Virus record (IMG/VR): IMGVR_UViG_3300025012_000245
Source: a virus
Direction: 5' to 3' (one strand)
Length of the DNA stretch: 29,168 nucleotides
Position 1 is the first letter of the stretch; each line of letters opens with the position of its first letter. The position numbers were made by a program, and so were the translations under genes. The notes beneath the pieces were generated by a model. That model saw only the letters and a list, made by a program, of their open reading frames with translations. It was not told the DNA's origin and made no database searches. Below are positions 1-7,873 of this stretch, piece after piece.

Positions 1-1
1 A

Positions 2-1015
2 TACACTCAAATTATTCTTCAAGATTTAAGGGGTGGTCTTAGTGAAAAAACTATTAATAGTGCTTTAGGATATGAATTTATCTACATACACAAATTAGAA
101 AAAGGTGAAGTTGCTGAACCAAGACATTTAAAACTACTTAAAGGAAAAGAATTTGGTATTTATAAAAAGGTTGATGGATATCGAGCAGAAATTGAAGTTG
201 GAAATGGTAAAGTAAAAATTATGTCTTCTGGTGGAGAGTTATTTAAAGAATTAGTAGACATAGAAACTGTTTTGTTGAGTTCAAATTTGCCTCATGGAGT
301 ATTTGCTTGCGAGTTGCTTGCGATTGATTCTGAGGGTACTATGACAAGAATGGAGGTGTTTAATAAGACTGGTTCACTATTAAGAAGAGATGGTATTAAA
401 CAAGGAATTGAGGTTAACGTATTTAATTTCATTCCAGATAATGGTTTTTATGAAGGAAAACACTCTACAACTTGCAGAGAAAGAAAAGCATTGGTAAAAG
501 AATTAGTTGATAAGATTAATTCTCCTTTAATTAAAAATGTTGATCCATTTTATATTGGTAGAGATTTAACTCAAATTGATTATTGGTTTGAAAAAATGAT
601 TGAGAATGGTGATGAGGGGTGTATGGTTCTTCCAATGGATCAAAAATATGTTGGGAAGAAGTCCTATCAACAAATGCTAAAAATTAAAACTGAAAATGAG
701 GCAGATTTACGCATAGTTGGTTTTGAGCGCGGAGAGAAAGGTAAGGCATTTGAAAATACTTTAGGTAAAATGCTTGTTAATTACAAAGGAAATACAATTA
801 ATGTTATGGCAGGATATAAGATTAAATATGATTCTGCAAAGTATGATGATAGGTTAGTAAGAGATTATATTTGGAATCATCAAGACGAATTGTTGGGCAA
901 GATTGTGAAAGTGCGTTACATGGATGAAACTACAAATGATAGTGGTGGAATTGATTTAAGAATGTGTAGATTGATTGAATATAGGGATGATAAAACAGAA
1001 GAGTCTTATAATTAA
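2..1015 (+). CDS. ATP-dependent DNA ligase (5'-truncated by window edge)
   Basis: Open frame from pos 2 with no stop before 1015. Motif I KxDGxR ('KKVDGYR', ~nt 164-184), motif III 'FACELLAID', motif IV 'EGCMVLP', motif V 'LKIK', motif VI 'RLIEYRDDK' near the C-terminus. The start codon lies upstream of the window. Confidence 0.85.
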   Translation, partial: YTQIILQDLRGGLSEKTINSALGYEFIYIHKLEKGEVAEPRHLKLLKGKEFGIYKKVDGYRAEIEVGNGKVKIMSSGGELFKELVDIETVLLSSNLPHGVFACELLAIDSEGTMTRMEVFNKTGSLLRRDGIKQGIEVNVFNFIPDNGFYEGKHSTTCRERKALVKELVDKINSPLIKNVDPFYIGRDLTQIDYWFEKMIENGDEGCMVLPMDQKYVGKKSYQQMLKIKTENEADLRIVGFERGEKGKAFENTLGKMLVNYKGNTINVMAGYKIKYDSAKYDDRLVRDYIWNHQDELLGKIVKVRYMDETTNDSGGIDLRMCRLIEYRDDKTEESYN

Positions 1016-1034
1016 TTAAGAAAGGAGTGATTAT

Positions 1035-1490
1035 GTGATTAAAATAGTTGATGGAGATATATTACAAGCAAAAGAAGACATAAGATGCCATCAGACAAAT
1101 GCACTTGGTGTAATGGGTGGAGGAATAGCAAAACAAATTAAAGAAAAATATCCCGAAGTCTATAAAGCATATAAAGAATTATGTTTGTTACATAATTCAA
1201 AAGATTTACTGGGAGCAGTTCAATATGTTGAATGTCATGATGGACATATTATCGCTAATTTATTTGGACAAGAAGGGTTTGGTCGGAACAAACAATATAC
1301 TGATTATGATGCTCTAAGAAATGCATTAAAGATTGTTTACAAAAGAGTTAAACAATATCAAGAATCTATTGCAATCCCAGTAAATCTAGGTTGTGGATTA
1401 GCAGGAGGTAATTGGGATATAGTTTATAAGATTATTGAAGAAGTTTTTGATGATTATGATGTAACTTTGTATAGATGGGAGGTGAAATAA
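1035..1490 (+). CDS. macrodomain protein (ADP-ribose binding/hydrolase)
   Basis: GTG start 7 nt after 'AAAGGAG'. 'GDIL...HQTNALGVMGGGIAKQIKEKYP' and 'IAIPVNLGCGLAGGNWDIV' match the macrodomain Gly-rich phosphate-binding loops. Stop overlaps the TTG start of the PARP-like gene. Confidence 0.8.
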   Translation: MIKIVDGDILQAKEDIRCHQTNALGVMGGGIAKQIKEKYPEVYKAYKELCLLHNSKDLLGAVQYVECHDGHIIANLFGQEGFGRNKQYTDYDALRNALKIVYKRVKQYQESIAIPVNLGCGLAGGNWDIVYKIIEEVFDDYDVTLYRWEVK

Positions 1491-2713
1491 TTGGATACTA
1501 AATATAAATATCTTTATTTAGTAAAAGTTGAACCAGATGCAAATAATAATAAATTTTACAAACTAGTACAAACGGATGATAATAATTGGACTGCTGAATA
1601 TGGCCGCATTGGAGCAGGAGGTTTCAAACTGCATACTACAATATGAGTCACTGGGATAAAAAAGTAAGAGAAAAAGAGAAGAAAGGGTATTGTGATAATA
1701 CCAGATTAGTCGCAGAGGTTGTTGTTAAAGAAAAGAAGGACAAAGAATACTTAGACATTAAAAATCAAGTAATTGCATCTATCGTATCAAGACTTCAATC
1801 TATGGCGAGACAAGCCATTGCAGACAACTATACAATTTCTTCTAATAAAGTTACCCAAGTAATGATTGATGAAGCACAATTTACTTTAAATAATTTGATG
1901 AGTGCTGATACAATTGAATTATTCAATAAAGTTTTGATAGAATTGTTTAAAATTATCCCACGAAAAATGAAAAAGGTTAAAGATAATCTAGCAAAAAAAG
2001 TTGAGGATTTTGGAGAGATTATTCAGAAGGAACAGGATTTACTTGATGTAATGAGAGGTCAGGTGGTTACTGCATCTATAATTGAAAATGAAGAAATAGA
2101 GACAGATGAGCCTGTTAGAAATGAAACCATTCTTGATGTAATGGGTTTGCAATTTGAAGAAATTACAGACGAAGAGAAGAAAATGATTAAGAAAGAATTA
2201 GGAGAGATTAGTGATAGATTCTATCAAGCTTGGAAAGTTATTAATGTTAGAACTCAAGAAAAATTTGATAAATTTATTACTAATGAAAAAATCAAAGATA
2301 ATAGATTATTATTTCATGGATCTCGATCAGAAAACTTTTGGAGTATTATTAATTCAGGATTGGTGTTAAGACCAACTGGAGTGGTAATAAATGGAAAGAT
2401 GTTTGGGAATGGTTGCTATTTCTCGCCAACCGCCAGAAAGTCACTTGGATATACCTCGATAAGTGGGTCTCGATGGGTAAGTGGAAATGCAAATTCTGGG
2501 TTTATGGCATTATTTGATGTTGCTTATGGGAAAACTTATGATGTTCATTCATTTGATAGCAAATACTATAATTTTAATTATTAAGAATTACAAAAGGTTT
2601 GTAAAGGTGCGAATAGTCTTCACGCACATAAAGGCAAAATGTTGTACAACGACGAGATAATTGTTTATAAAGAAGATCAGATGACTATAAAATACTTAAT
2701 AGAACTTAAATAA
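1491..2713 (+). pseudogene. PARP-like ADP-ribosyltransferase (WGR + helical + ART domains), disrupted by a -1 frame break near 1641-1646 and an in-frame TAA at 2582-2584
   Basis: Frame 0 (1491-1646) encodes 'KFYKLVQTDDNNWTAEYGRIGAGGFKLHTTI*', a WGR motif. Frame 2 (1643-2584) continues the WGR end ('EKEKKGY') and helical domain, then 'LLFHGSRSENFWSIINSGLVLRP...GKMFGNGCYFSP' (PARP H-G-S and Y signature). After the TAA the same frame continues 'GANSLHAHKGKMLYNDEIIVYKEDQMTIKYLIELK*' (catalytic Glu 'YNDEIIVY') to the stop at 2711-2713. Confidence 0.8.
1643..2584 (+). CDS. PARP-like protein, largest intact reading frame (helical domain plus first two-thirds of ART domain; lacks catalytic Glu)
   Basis: ORF as it stands. 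ATG overlaps the upstream TGA (ATGA). Contains the H-G-S/Y-F PARP motifs but terminates before the conserved 'YNEYIVY'-type glutamate. Confidence 0.55.
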   Translation: MSHWDKKVREKEKKGYCDNTRLVAEVVVKEKKDKEYLDIKNQVIASIVSRLQSMARQAIADNYTISSNKVTQVMIDEAQFTLNNLMSADTIELFNKVLIELFKIIPRKMKKVKDNLAKKVEDFGEIIQKEQDLLDVMRGQVVTASIIENEEIETDEPVRNETILDVMGLQFEEITDEEKKMIKKELGEISDRFYQAWKVINVRTQEKFDKFITNEKIKDNRLLFHGSRSENFWSIINSGLVLRPTGVVINGKMFGNGCYFSPTARKSLGYTSISGSRWVSGNANSGFMALFDVAYGKTYDVHSFDSKYYNFNY

Positions 2714-2734
2714 AATATAAAGGGGATTATAAAT

Positions 2735-3034
2735 ATGAGTAATAAAAATGCTGAAATTAAAACAATTAAATATTATGGGACTAAACAATATTTTGTAGAA
2801 ACAGACGAAAGAACAGGAGAAGTTATTAAAGATAGTTCTTTTAGAATGAAACCAAAGAGTGAACGTGTTATTCATAATGATATGGCAACTATTGTTATCC
2901 TTGAAGATGGTTCAAAGGGTGTTTCAAAATGTATGCCAGAAGATGAATACAATAAGATAAAAGGAGTTAAGATTGCTTATCTAAGAGCAAAAATTAAATC
3001 TTTACATAAAGAACTTAAAACTTTAACTAAATAA
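2735..3034 (+). CDS. hypothetical protein
   Basis: ATG preceded by 'AAAGGGGA'. 99 aa, no recognisable motif. Confidence 0.6.
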   Translation: MSNKNAEIKTIKYYGTKQYFVETDERTGEVIKDSSFRMKPKSERVIHNDMATIVILEDGSKGVSKCMPEDEYNKIKGVKIAYLRAKIKSLHKELKTLTK

Positions 3035-3173
3035 TTTAACTAATAAAACAATTGAGCGAGGGACTGAAAAATCACTGATCCAGTCACAACAAAAGCCGAA
3101 TCCCAAACGGTGTGATTAATAATAAAACTGGGTAATGCTCAATTTAATTTCTTTAAAGAAAGGAAATAATTAA

Positions 3174-3419
3174 ATGAACTGTACATGTGGTTGCAAACTT
3201 CAATTCACAGATAATAGTCTTAAAACTGAAAATGGGAAGACAGGAGAGGTTAGAGCAGTATATTATTGTGACTCATGTAATATTGCATATGATGGTTACG
3301 AATTAGATTGTGAAGGTAAGTATGTTAAATTGCCAAAGAGATATCTAAAATGGTTTGATAGAAACTATATGAATGGAATTTTGAATAAATATTGTAGAAA
3401 CAAGAGGGTTAATTTATGA
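3174..3419 (+). CDS. small Cys-rich (zinc-ribbon-like) protein
   Basis: RBS 'AAAGGAAA', 'CTCGC...CDSC' Cys pairs. Stop overlaps the next start (ATGA). Confidence 0.6.
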   Translation: MNCTCGCKLQFTDNSLKTENGKTGEVRAVYYCDSCNIAYDGYELDCEGKYVKLPKRYLKWFDRNYMNGILNKYCRNKRVNL

Positions 3420-3886
3420 TATTCAAAGAAGAAAAATGCGACTTGTTTAATTTAGATAATAAATATGCTTTAGCACATTGCATCTCAAATGATTGTGCTA
3501 TGGGAACTACAAAAGACGGAAGAATATTACCATGTGTTGCAACAGAATTTATTAAAAGATTTCCAAAAATGAAAATAATTATTAAAATAAGAAAAGACCC
3601 TAATGGGATTGGTACTTGTTGTTTATATGCAGAGTGCAAAGATGACAAATGGATTAGAATTTTTAATCTTATTACTAAAGAAAAATATTGGCTTAAACCA
3701 ACCTATGATACATTAAAAAGTAGTTTATTAGATTTAAAGAAGCAATGTGAGCATTTAGATATTAAATTTATTGCAATACCTAAGATTGGATCTGGACTTG
3801 ATAGACTTTCTTGGAGTAAAGTTAGAGAAATTATTAAAGAAGTATTTAAAGACACTGATATTGAAATTTTAGTGTGTTATTTATAA
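3416..3886 (+). CDS. TARG1/OARD1-like (DarG-like) macrodomain ADP-ribosyl hydrolase
   Basis: 'CDLFNLDNKYALAHCISNDCAMG', 'LITKEKYWLKPTYDTLKSSL' and 'IAIPKIGSGLDRLSWSKVREIIKEVFKDTDIEILVCYL' closely parallel the TARG1 motifs 'GDLF..SLAHCISEDCRMG', 'KPTYENL' and 'PRIGCGLDRLQWENV..IEEVF..TDIKITVY'. Catalytic Lys (KPTY) and Asp (GLDRL) positions are conserved. Confidence 0.8.
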   Translation: MIFKEEKCDLFNLDNKYALAHCISNDCAMGTTKDGRILPCVATEFIKRFPKMKIIIKIRKDPNGIGTCCLYAECKDDKWIRIFNLITKEKYWLKPTYDTLKSSLLDLKKQCEHLDIKFIAIPKIGSGLDRLSWSKVREIIKEVFKDTDIEILVCYL

Positions 3887-4005
3887 TAAAAACTCTATAA
3901 TTGCGAAGTTCAATTTCTAAAACCCTTGCTACAGTAGTCTTTCAGAGGTTGGACTTTCCCTTAAAATAACTATTTTATATGCTCAATAAGGAAGGAAAAA
4001 TAAAT

Positions 4006-4158
4006 ATGAATAGACTATCATATATTCTACTTATTTTAATATTTTGCATTTTTGTTTCCATAGGATGTATAACTGGTGATATTACAATTGGTTGTTTACT
4101 TATGCTTGGAATGTTATTTTCAGTGATTATAGGTGTTTTAGAATGGGAGGTAAAATAA
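4006..4158 (+). CDS. small hydrophobic membrane peptide (50 aa)
   Basis: 'AGGAAGGAAAAATAAAT-ATG'. Sequence 'MNRLSYILLILIFCIFVSIGCITGDITIGCLLMLGMLFSVIIGVLEWEVK'. Absent from the ORF track only because it is under 60 aa. Confidence 0.45.
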   Translation: MNRLSYILLILIFCIFVSIGCITGDITIGCLLMLGMLFSVIIGVLEWEVK

Positions 4159-4331
4159 TGACAAAAACAGAAATCCTAATTTATGGAGCATTGCTTGAAA
4201 GCGATATGTATACTGATGGATATGGATCAACTGACGAGGATACGGAATTATTAAAAAAAGCATTAAAGAAAATATATGGAGTTGCAGAGGGAGTTTCGGA
4301 AGAGGATTTAAAAAAGCAGAAGAACAAATGA
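4158..4331 (+). CDS. hypothetical protein (57 aa)
   Basis: ATG at 4158 has RBS 'GGGAGG'. The upstream part of track ORF 4092 overlaps the membrane peptide and lacks an RBS. Confidence 0.5.
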   Translation: MTKTEILIYGALLESDMYTDGYGSTDEDTELLKKALKKIYGVAEGVSEEDLKKQKNK

Positions 4332-4405
4332 AAAATGATATGAGAAAATTGGTTATAGAATTTAGAGGTAAAATGGCAGAATATTTAGAAGAGGAGGAAT
4401 AATTA

Positions 4406-4642
4406 ATGAGCCAAGTAGATTATGAAAAATATTATAAGATTAGTAAACAATCTCTTAATCGTGCATGTGATTATCTAGAAGAAAGAATTGGATGCCCAAA
4501 ACAGAATAGAATATTTATGTGTGATATTTCAATTAATGAATGCAGAGAAAACGATGAAACATATGGAGAGGTATGTTGGATTAGATATTTTAGTAAATTA
4601 GCAAAAGAAGATATTGAATATGATGATAACCTGTTGAAATAA
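4406..4642 (+). CDS. hypothetical protein
   Basis: RBS 'GAGGAGGAAT'. 78 aa. Confidence 0.6.
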   Translation: MSQVDYEKYYKISKQSLNRACDYLEERIGCPKQNRIFMCDISINECRENDETYGEVCWIRYFSKLAKEDIEYDDNLLK

Positions 4643-4702
4643 ATATCCCTCGAATGGATTATTTCATCACAATCAAAATTAATAATAAAAGGAGAATATT
4701 AA

Positions 4703-5649
4703 ATGAAAGTAAAATTGTTTAGTCATCTCGATTTAGACGGAATTTCTTGTGGAATTGTAGGTAAATTAGCATTCCCAAATATTGATATTGAATATTGTGA
4801 TTATGATGATATAAATGGTAAAATCATTGATTACATATGTAGCGAGAAATATAGAGACTATGATACAACATTTATTACAGATATTTCAGTAAATACAGAT
4901 GTAGCAAAACTAATCGACAACGCACACACACTCAATCAAACGAATTTGTATTACTAGATCATCATAAAACAGCGTTGTGGTTAAATGATTATAAATGGGC
5001 ATTGGTAGCAGAATATCTAGATGAAGAAAATAATACTAAGCATTGTGGGACAGTAATGTTTTACGAAAATTTGATTAATTTTTATATTCCTAAACCACAT
5101 ACTAGAAATGTATTCTTAGATAATTTTTCTGCTTTAGATTTTGTAGAAATTGTTAGGCAATATGACACCTATGAATGGAAATCAAAATACAATAATGTTT
5201 TACCTAAACAAATAAATGATTTAATGTATATATTAGGGCGAGATACTTTTATTGAAACTGTTTTGGATAAATTAAGCATATTACGAGACTATGAATTAAC
5301 TGAACAAGACTTAAAATTATTAAAACGCAATCAGGAAACAATTGACCATTACATAGAATCAAAAAACAAATCAATTATTGTTAAGGAAATTCAAGGTTAT
5401 CAGGCAGGAGTAGTATTTGCGGAAAAATATGTTTCAGAATTGGGAAATAAGCTATCTGAATTACATCCCGAATTAGATTTTATTGCTATGATAAATCCAT
5501 CACATTCGGTCAGTTATAGGACTGTAAAGAAAGATGTAGATTTGAGTGTTATAGCGTCAATGTTCTGTGGAGGTGGTCATAGGCAAGCTTCAGGAAGTCC
5601 TATTGATGAAGATATGAAAAATAGGATTATTAATTTGGTGTTTAGTTAA
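4703..5649 (+). pseudogene. DHH-DHHA1 phosphoesterase (NrnA/oligoribonuclease-pAp phosphatase-like) with frame break between motifs II and III
   Basis: Frame of 4703: 'SHLDLDGISCGIV' (DHH motif I) and 'FITDIS' (motif II), ending in TAG at 4955. Frame of 4975 runs upstream as '...QSNEFVLLDHHKTALW' (motif III DHH) and ends with the DHHA1 'FCGGGHRQASGSP' motif. The break lies at or near the (CA)4 tract at 4923-4930. Confidence 0.75.
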
Positions 5650-5672
5650 TTTAAACTAAAATAAAAAGGAGA

Positions 5673-6155
5673 ATGAATTTAATGAGCAACAACAAACAAG
5701 AAATATCAATTGATCGTGTTAAGCAAATAACCCAAGAAGAACTACAAAGATATGTAAAAGGCAATTTTTCAGAAGATAATCTTAGGAAAATGATTCAAGG
5801 ACAATTAGATAAGTCTGGTAAAAATATAGTTTTTAAACAATTAGGTTTAAAATACGAATCATGGAATCATACATGGGAAGTTGATGGTTATGGAGAATTA
5901 TCTAATATGGTTAAAAATAGTTCGCATATTAGAGATATTGGAGAAAAAGTAATCCAAGAGATTATTAAACAAGTAACGCCAGAAGATATTCTTACTTCAT
6001 TGAACAAAAATAATATTCAATCATTAAAGAAAGTTTATAAAGAAACTTTAATGGGTTATTTTACACAAGAAGTTAGAAAACTAGCAATACTGCATGGCAC
6101 AGAACAAGCAGAAAAGTTGTTCAAGAAGTATTTATATGAAAGATTGGACGATTAA
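5673..6155 (+). CDS. hypothetical protein
   Basis: RBS 'AAAAGGAGAA'. 160 aa. Confidence 0.6.
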   Translation: MNLMSNNKQEISIDRVKQITQEELQRYVKGNFSEDNLRKMIQGQLDKSGKNIVFKQLGLKYESWNHTWEVDGYGELSNMVKNSSHIRDIGEKVIQEIIKQVTPEDILTSLNKNNIQSLKKVYKETLMGYFTQEVRKLAILHGTEQAEKLFKKYLYERLDD

Positions 6156-6181
6156 ATTAAGTTAGATAAGGAGTGTTAATT

Positions 6182-6352
6182 ATGTATATGGAATTTAAAG
6201 AAAAGACTACCGAAAAGAAATTTGGTGTATCATTGATTGACGAAGATGGATTTGTTTCTCAGTTATTTTACACAAGAGATGTTTGGGAAAATATAATTAA
6301 AACAATAGAGAAAGAAATTTCAGAATATGATATATCTAGAATATTTAATTAA
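6182..6352 (+). CDS. hypothetical small protein (56 aa)
   Basis: 'TAAGGAGTG' then ATG. Under the track length cutoff. Confidence 0.5.
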   Translation: MYMEFKEKTTEKKFGVSLIDEDGFVSQLFYTRDVWENIIKTIEKEISEYDISRIFN

Positions 6353-6358
6353 GGTTAG

Positions 6359-6390
6359 TTATCCTAGCAAATTATGGTTTTATAGGATAA
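6359..6390 (+). promoter_or_regulatory. 8-bp inverted repeat TTATCCTA-N16-TAGGATAA containing the TCCTAGCAAA motif
   Basis: Read directly. Lies between the stop at 6352 and the start at 6408. Confidence 0.3.
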
Positions 6391-6407
6391 AGAAAGGATT
6401 GAATATA

Positions 6408-6632
6408 ATGTTTAAAATTGATGGAATTGAATATACAGAAATGGATGCTTATTTATATAAAAAAGAGAATGATTTTATGAAAAGCAAAATTAGTAACTTA
6501 CAAAATGCTTTAGAATGCTTAAAAGATGAATATGTTCAATATGTAGACAATGCTTGCCATTGTAATGAGTATGATGACAATGAAGAATGTTCATATTGTT
6601 ATGCTAAAAGAGTATTAACAGAAAATAAATAA
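6408..6632 (+). CDS. hypothetical Cys/His-rich small protein
   Basis: ATG at 6408 with 'AAAGAAAGGA' RBS, in frame with track ORF 6327. 'CHCNEYDDNEECSYC'. Confidence 0.55.
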   Translation: MFKIDGIEYTEMDAYLYKKENDFMKSKISNLQNALECLKDEYVQYVDNACHCNEYDDNEECSYCYAKRVLTENK

Positions 6633-6650
6633 AAAGGAGTGTAATTTTAA

Positions 6651-6911
6651 ATGAAATATCAAGCAGGAGATAGAATTAAAGTCATAAAAATTATTGACTC
6701 GGAAAACAGTATCGATGGTATTGAACCAGATTATTTTATAAATAAAACAGGTACAATCACTGAAGTTAGAACAAACAGGGATTATCCATATATAGTTGAA
6801 TTTGACGATGAAAGAGCAGAAAATTCAGGAATGGGACTTTGGCATGAAGAAGAATTAGAATTGATTAATGGTAATGGAGAATGTTGCCCAACTTGCGGAA
6901 GAAAACTATGA
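6651..6911 (+). CDS. small SH3/KOW-like protein with C-terminal CxxC
   Basis: RBS 'AAAAGGAGTG'. N-terminus 'MKYQAGDRIKVIKII' is paralogous to the ORF at 14730. Confidence 0.6.
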   Translation: MKYQAGDRIKVIKIIDSENSIDGIEPDYFINKTGTITEVRTNRDYPYIVEFDDERAENSGMGLWHEEELELINGNGECCPTCGRKL

Positions 6912-7078
6912 AATGTTGCATTGTTGGTTGTGAAAATGAAGCAATTATAACGAACGAAGAAGAGAAATTCTTACAATGTTGCTCAGAACATATAAATGAT
7001 GTTAGAGATTATTTTGAAGAACGTCACAATAAAGAACAACAAGAAATGTACGATGATTGGGTTAGAAGTCAGATATAA
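6908..7078 (+). CDS. small Cys-rich protein
   Basis: ATG overlaps the upstream TGA (ATGA). 'MKCCIVGCENE...LQCCSEH'. Confidence 0.5.
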   Translation: MKCCIVGCENEAIITNEEEKFLQCCSEHINDVRDYFEERHNKEQQEMYDDWVRSQI

Positions 7079-7093
7079 AAAGGAGGATTATAA

Positions 7094-7480
7094 ATGAATC
7101 TTGAAGATATGGATTTATCAGTAAGGTCTTACAACTGCCTCAAAAGAGCAGGAATAGATACTCTTGAAGATATAATTCAAAAAACAGAAGATGACATGAT
7201 TAAAATTCGCAATCTTGGCAGAAAGAATTTTGAAGAAGTAAGATGGAAGTTGAAAGAGTTTGGACTGACATTTAAATATGAAATCTCTTACAAATTAACA
7301 GGAAGAGAAAAGTTTAACTTAGTATTTGCAAAAATGACAAATGAAAATTTAGCTGATTTAATTCTTGGAGGAAGTTGCCCTAGCCAATTTAATCTTTTTG
7401 ATAAAAAAGAAAATGGATGTCCAGTTTTCTTTTGCACAAGTTGTTGGGAGAAAGCATTAGAAATGGAATACGAACAATGA
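7094..7480 (+). CDS. RNA polymerase alpha-subunit C-terminal-domain (alpha-CTD)-like protein
   Basis: '[43 protein letters not shown]' matches the RpoA alpha-CTD helix-hairpin-helix ('LSVRS.NCLK...I..L......ELL...N.G.KSL.EI'). The C-terminal part is Cys-rich. Confidence 0.65.
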   Translation: MNLEDMDLSVRSYNCLKRAGIDTLEDIIQKTEDDMIKIRNLGRKNFEEVRWKLKEFGLTFKYEISYKLTGREKFNLVFAKMTNENLADLILGGSCPSQFNLFDKKENGCPVFFCTSCWEKALEMEYEQ

Positions 7481-7617
7481 AAAAGATGACAGAAGAACAA
7501 AAACTATATTTTCTCTATGGTGCTATGTACCAAATGGCAAAAGAAGCAAAAGATGATGGATTATTTGAAGACTTAAACATATCACAAATAATTGGTTTAT
7601 TTATTAAGGGGTTATAA
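7477..7617 (+). CDS. hypothetical small protein (46 aa)
   Basis: ATG overlaps the stop of the previous gene (ATGA). In frame with track ORF 7417. Confidence 0.4.
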   Translation: MKKMTEEQKLYFLYGAMYQMAKEAKDDGLFEDLNISQIIGLFIKGL

Positions 7618-7664
7618 AAATAACCAAATCAAAAGAACATTTCTTGGGATTGGAGGTAACTAAA

Positions 7665-7832
7665 ATGGAATTAGTTAAAACAACAAAACTTCATACAATT
7701 GATTTAACGGAAGATGAATTAAATGAACTATGGAATATTGTTGGATTTTATATTACGTCAAACGAAAAAGTACATAAAAATTTTGCAGAAAGATTTGACG
7801 CTTTAGCTACAAGAATACTTGAAAACGATTAA
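7665..7832 (+). CDS. hypothetical small protein
   Basis: 'GGAGG' 8 nt upstream of ATG 7665. Confidence 0.55.
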   Translation: MELVKTTKLHTIDLTEDELNELWNIVGFYITSNEKVHKNFAERFDALATRILEND

Positions 7833-7873
7833 CTTAAAATTGCATTTTTATTTGAATAAAGGGAGGAAAAATA

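Noticed and set aside
1638-1651. Programmed -1 ribosomal frameshift at the WGR/HD junction of the PARP gene
   Set aside because: There is no slippery heptamer (X XXY YYZ) or downstream structure. The junction is an ATGA stop-start overlap, consistent with a 1-nt deletion, not a recoding signal.
2582-2584. In-frame TAA in the PARP gene as evidence of stop-codon reassignment or programmed readthrough
   Set aside because: TAA is the stop for the majority of genes in this window (ligase, macrodomain, MVP and others), so reassignment is untenable. Nothing in the local context suggests programmed readthrough.
4092-4157. Upstream extension of ORF 4092-4331 ('MFTYAWNVIFSDYRCFRMGGKI...')
   Set aside because: It overlaps the better-supported 50-aa membrane peptide (4006-4158) in another frame and lacks an RBS. 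The ATG at 4158 with a GGGAGG RBS is the plausible start.
4328-4402. 24-aa ORF 'MKNDMRKLVIEFRGKMAEYLEEEE' between 4331 and 4406
   Set aside because: It is too short to support. Its 3' end is simply the GAGGAGG RBS of the next gene. It may be translated but is not reportable on sequence alone.
4975-4977. TTG at 4975 as an independent start of a 224-aa protein
   Set aside because: The frame stays open upstream back to 4864 and encodes the DHH motif III ('LLDHH') there. The ORF is the downstream portion of the frameshifted DHH gene, not a separate gene.
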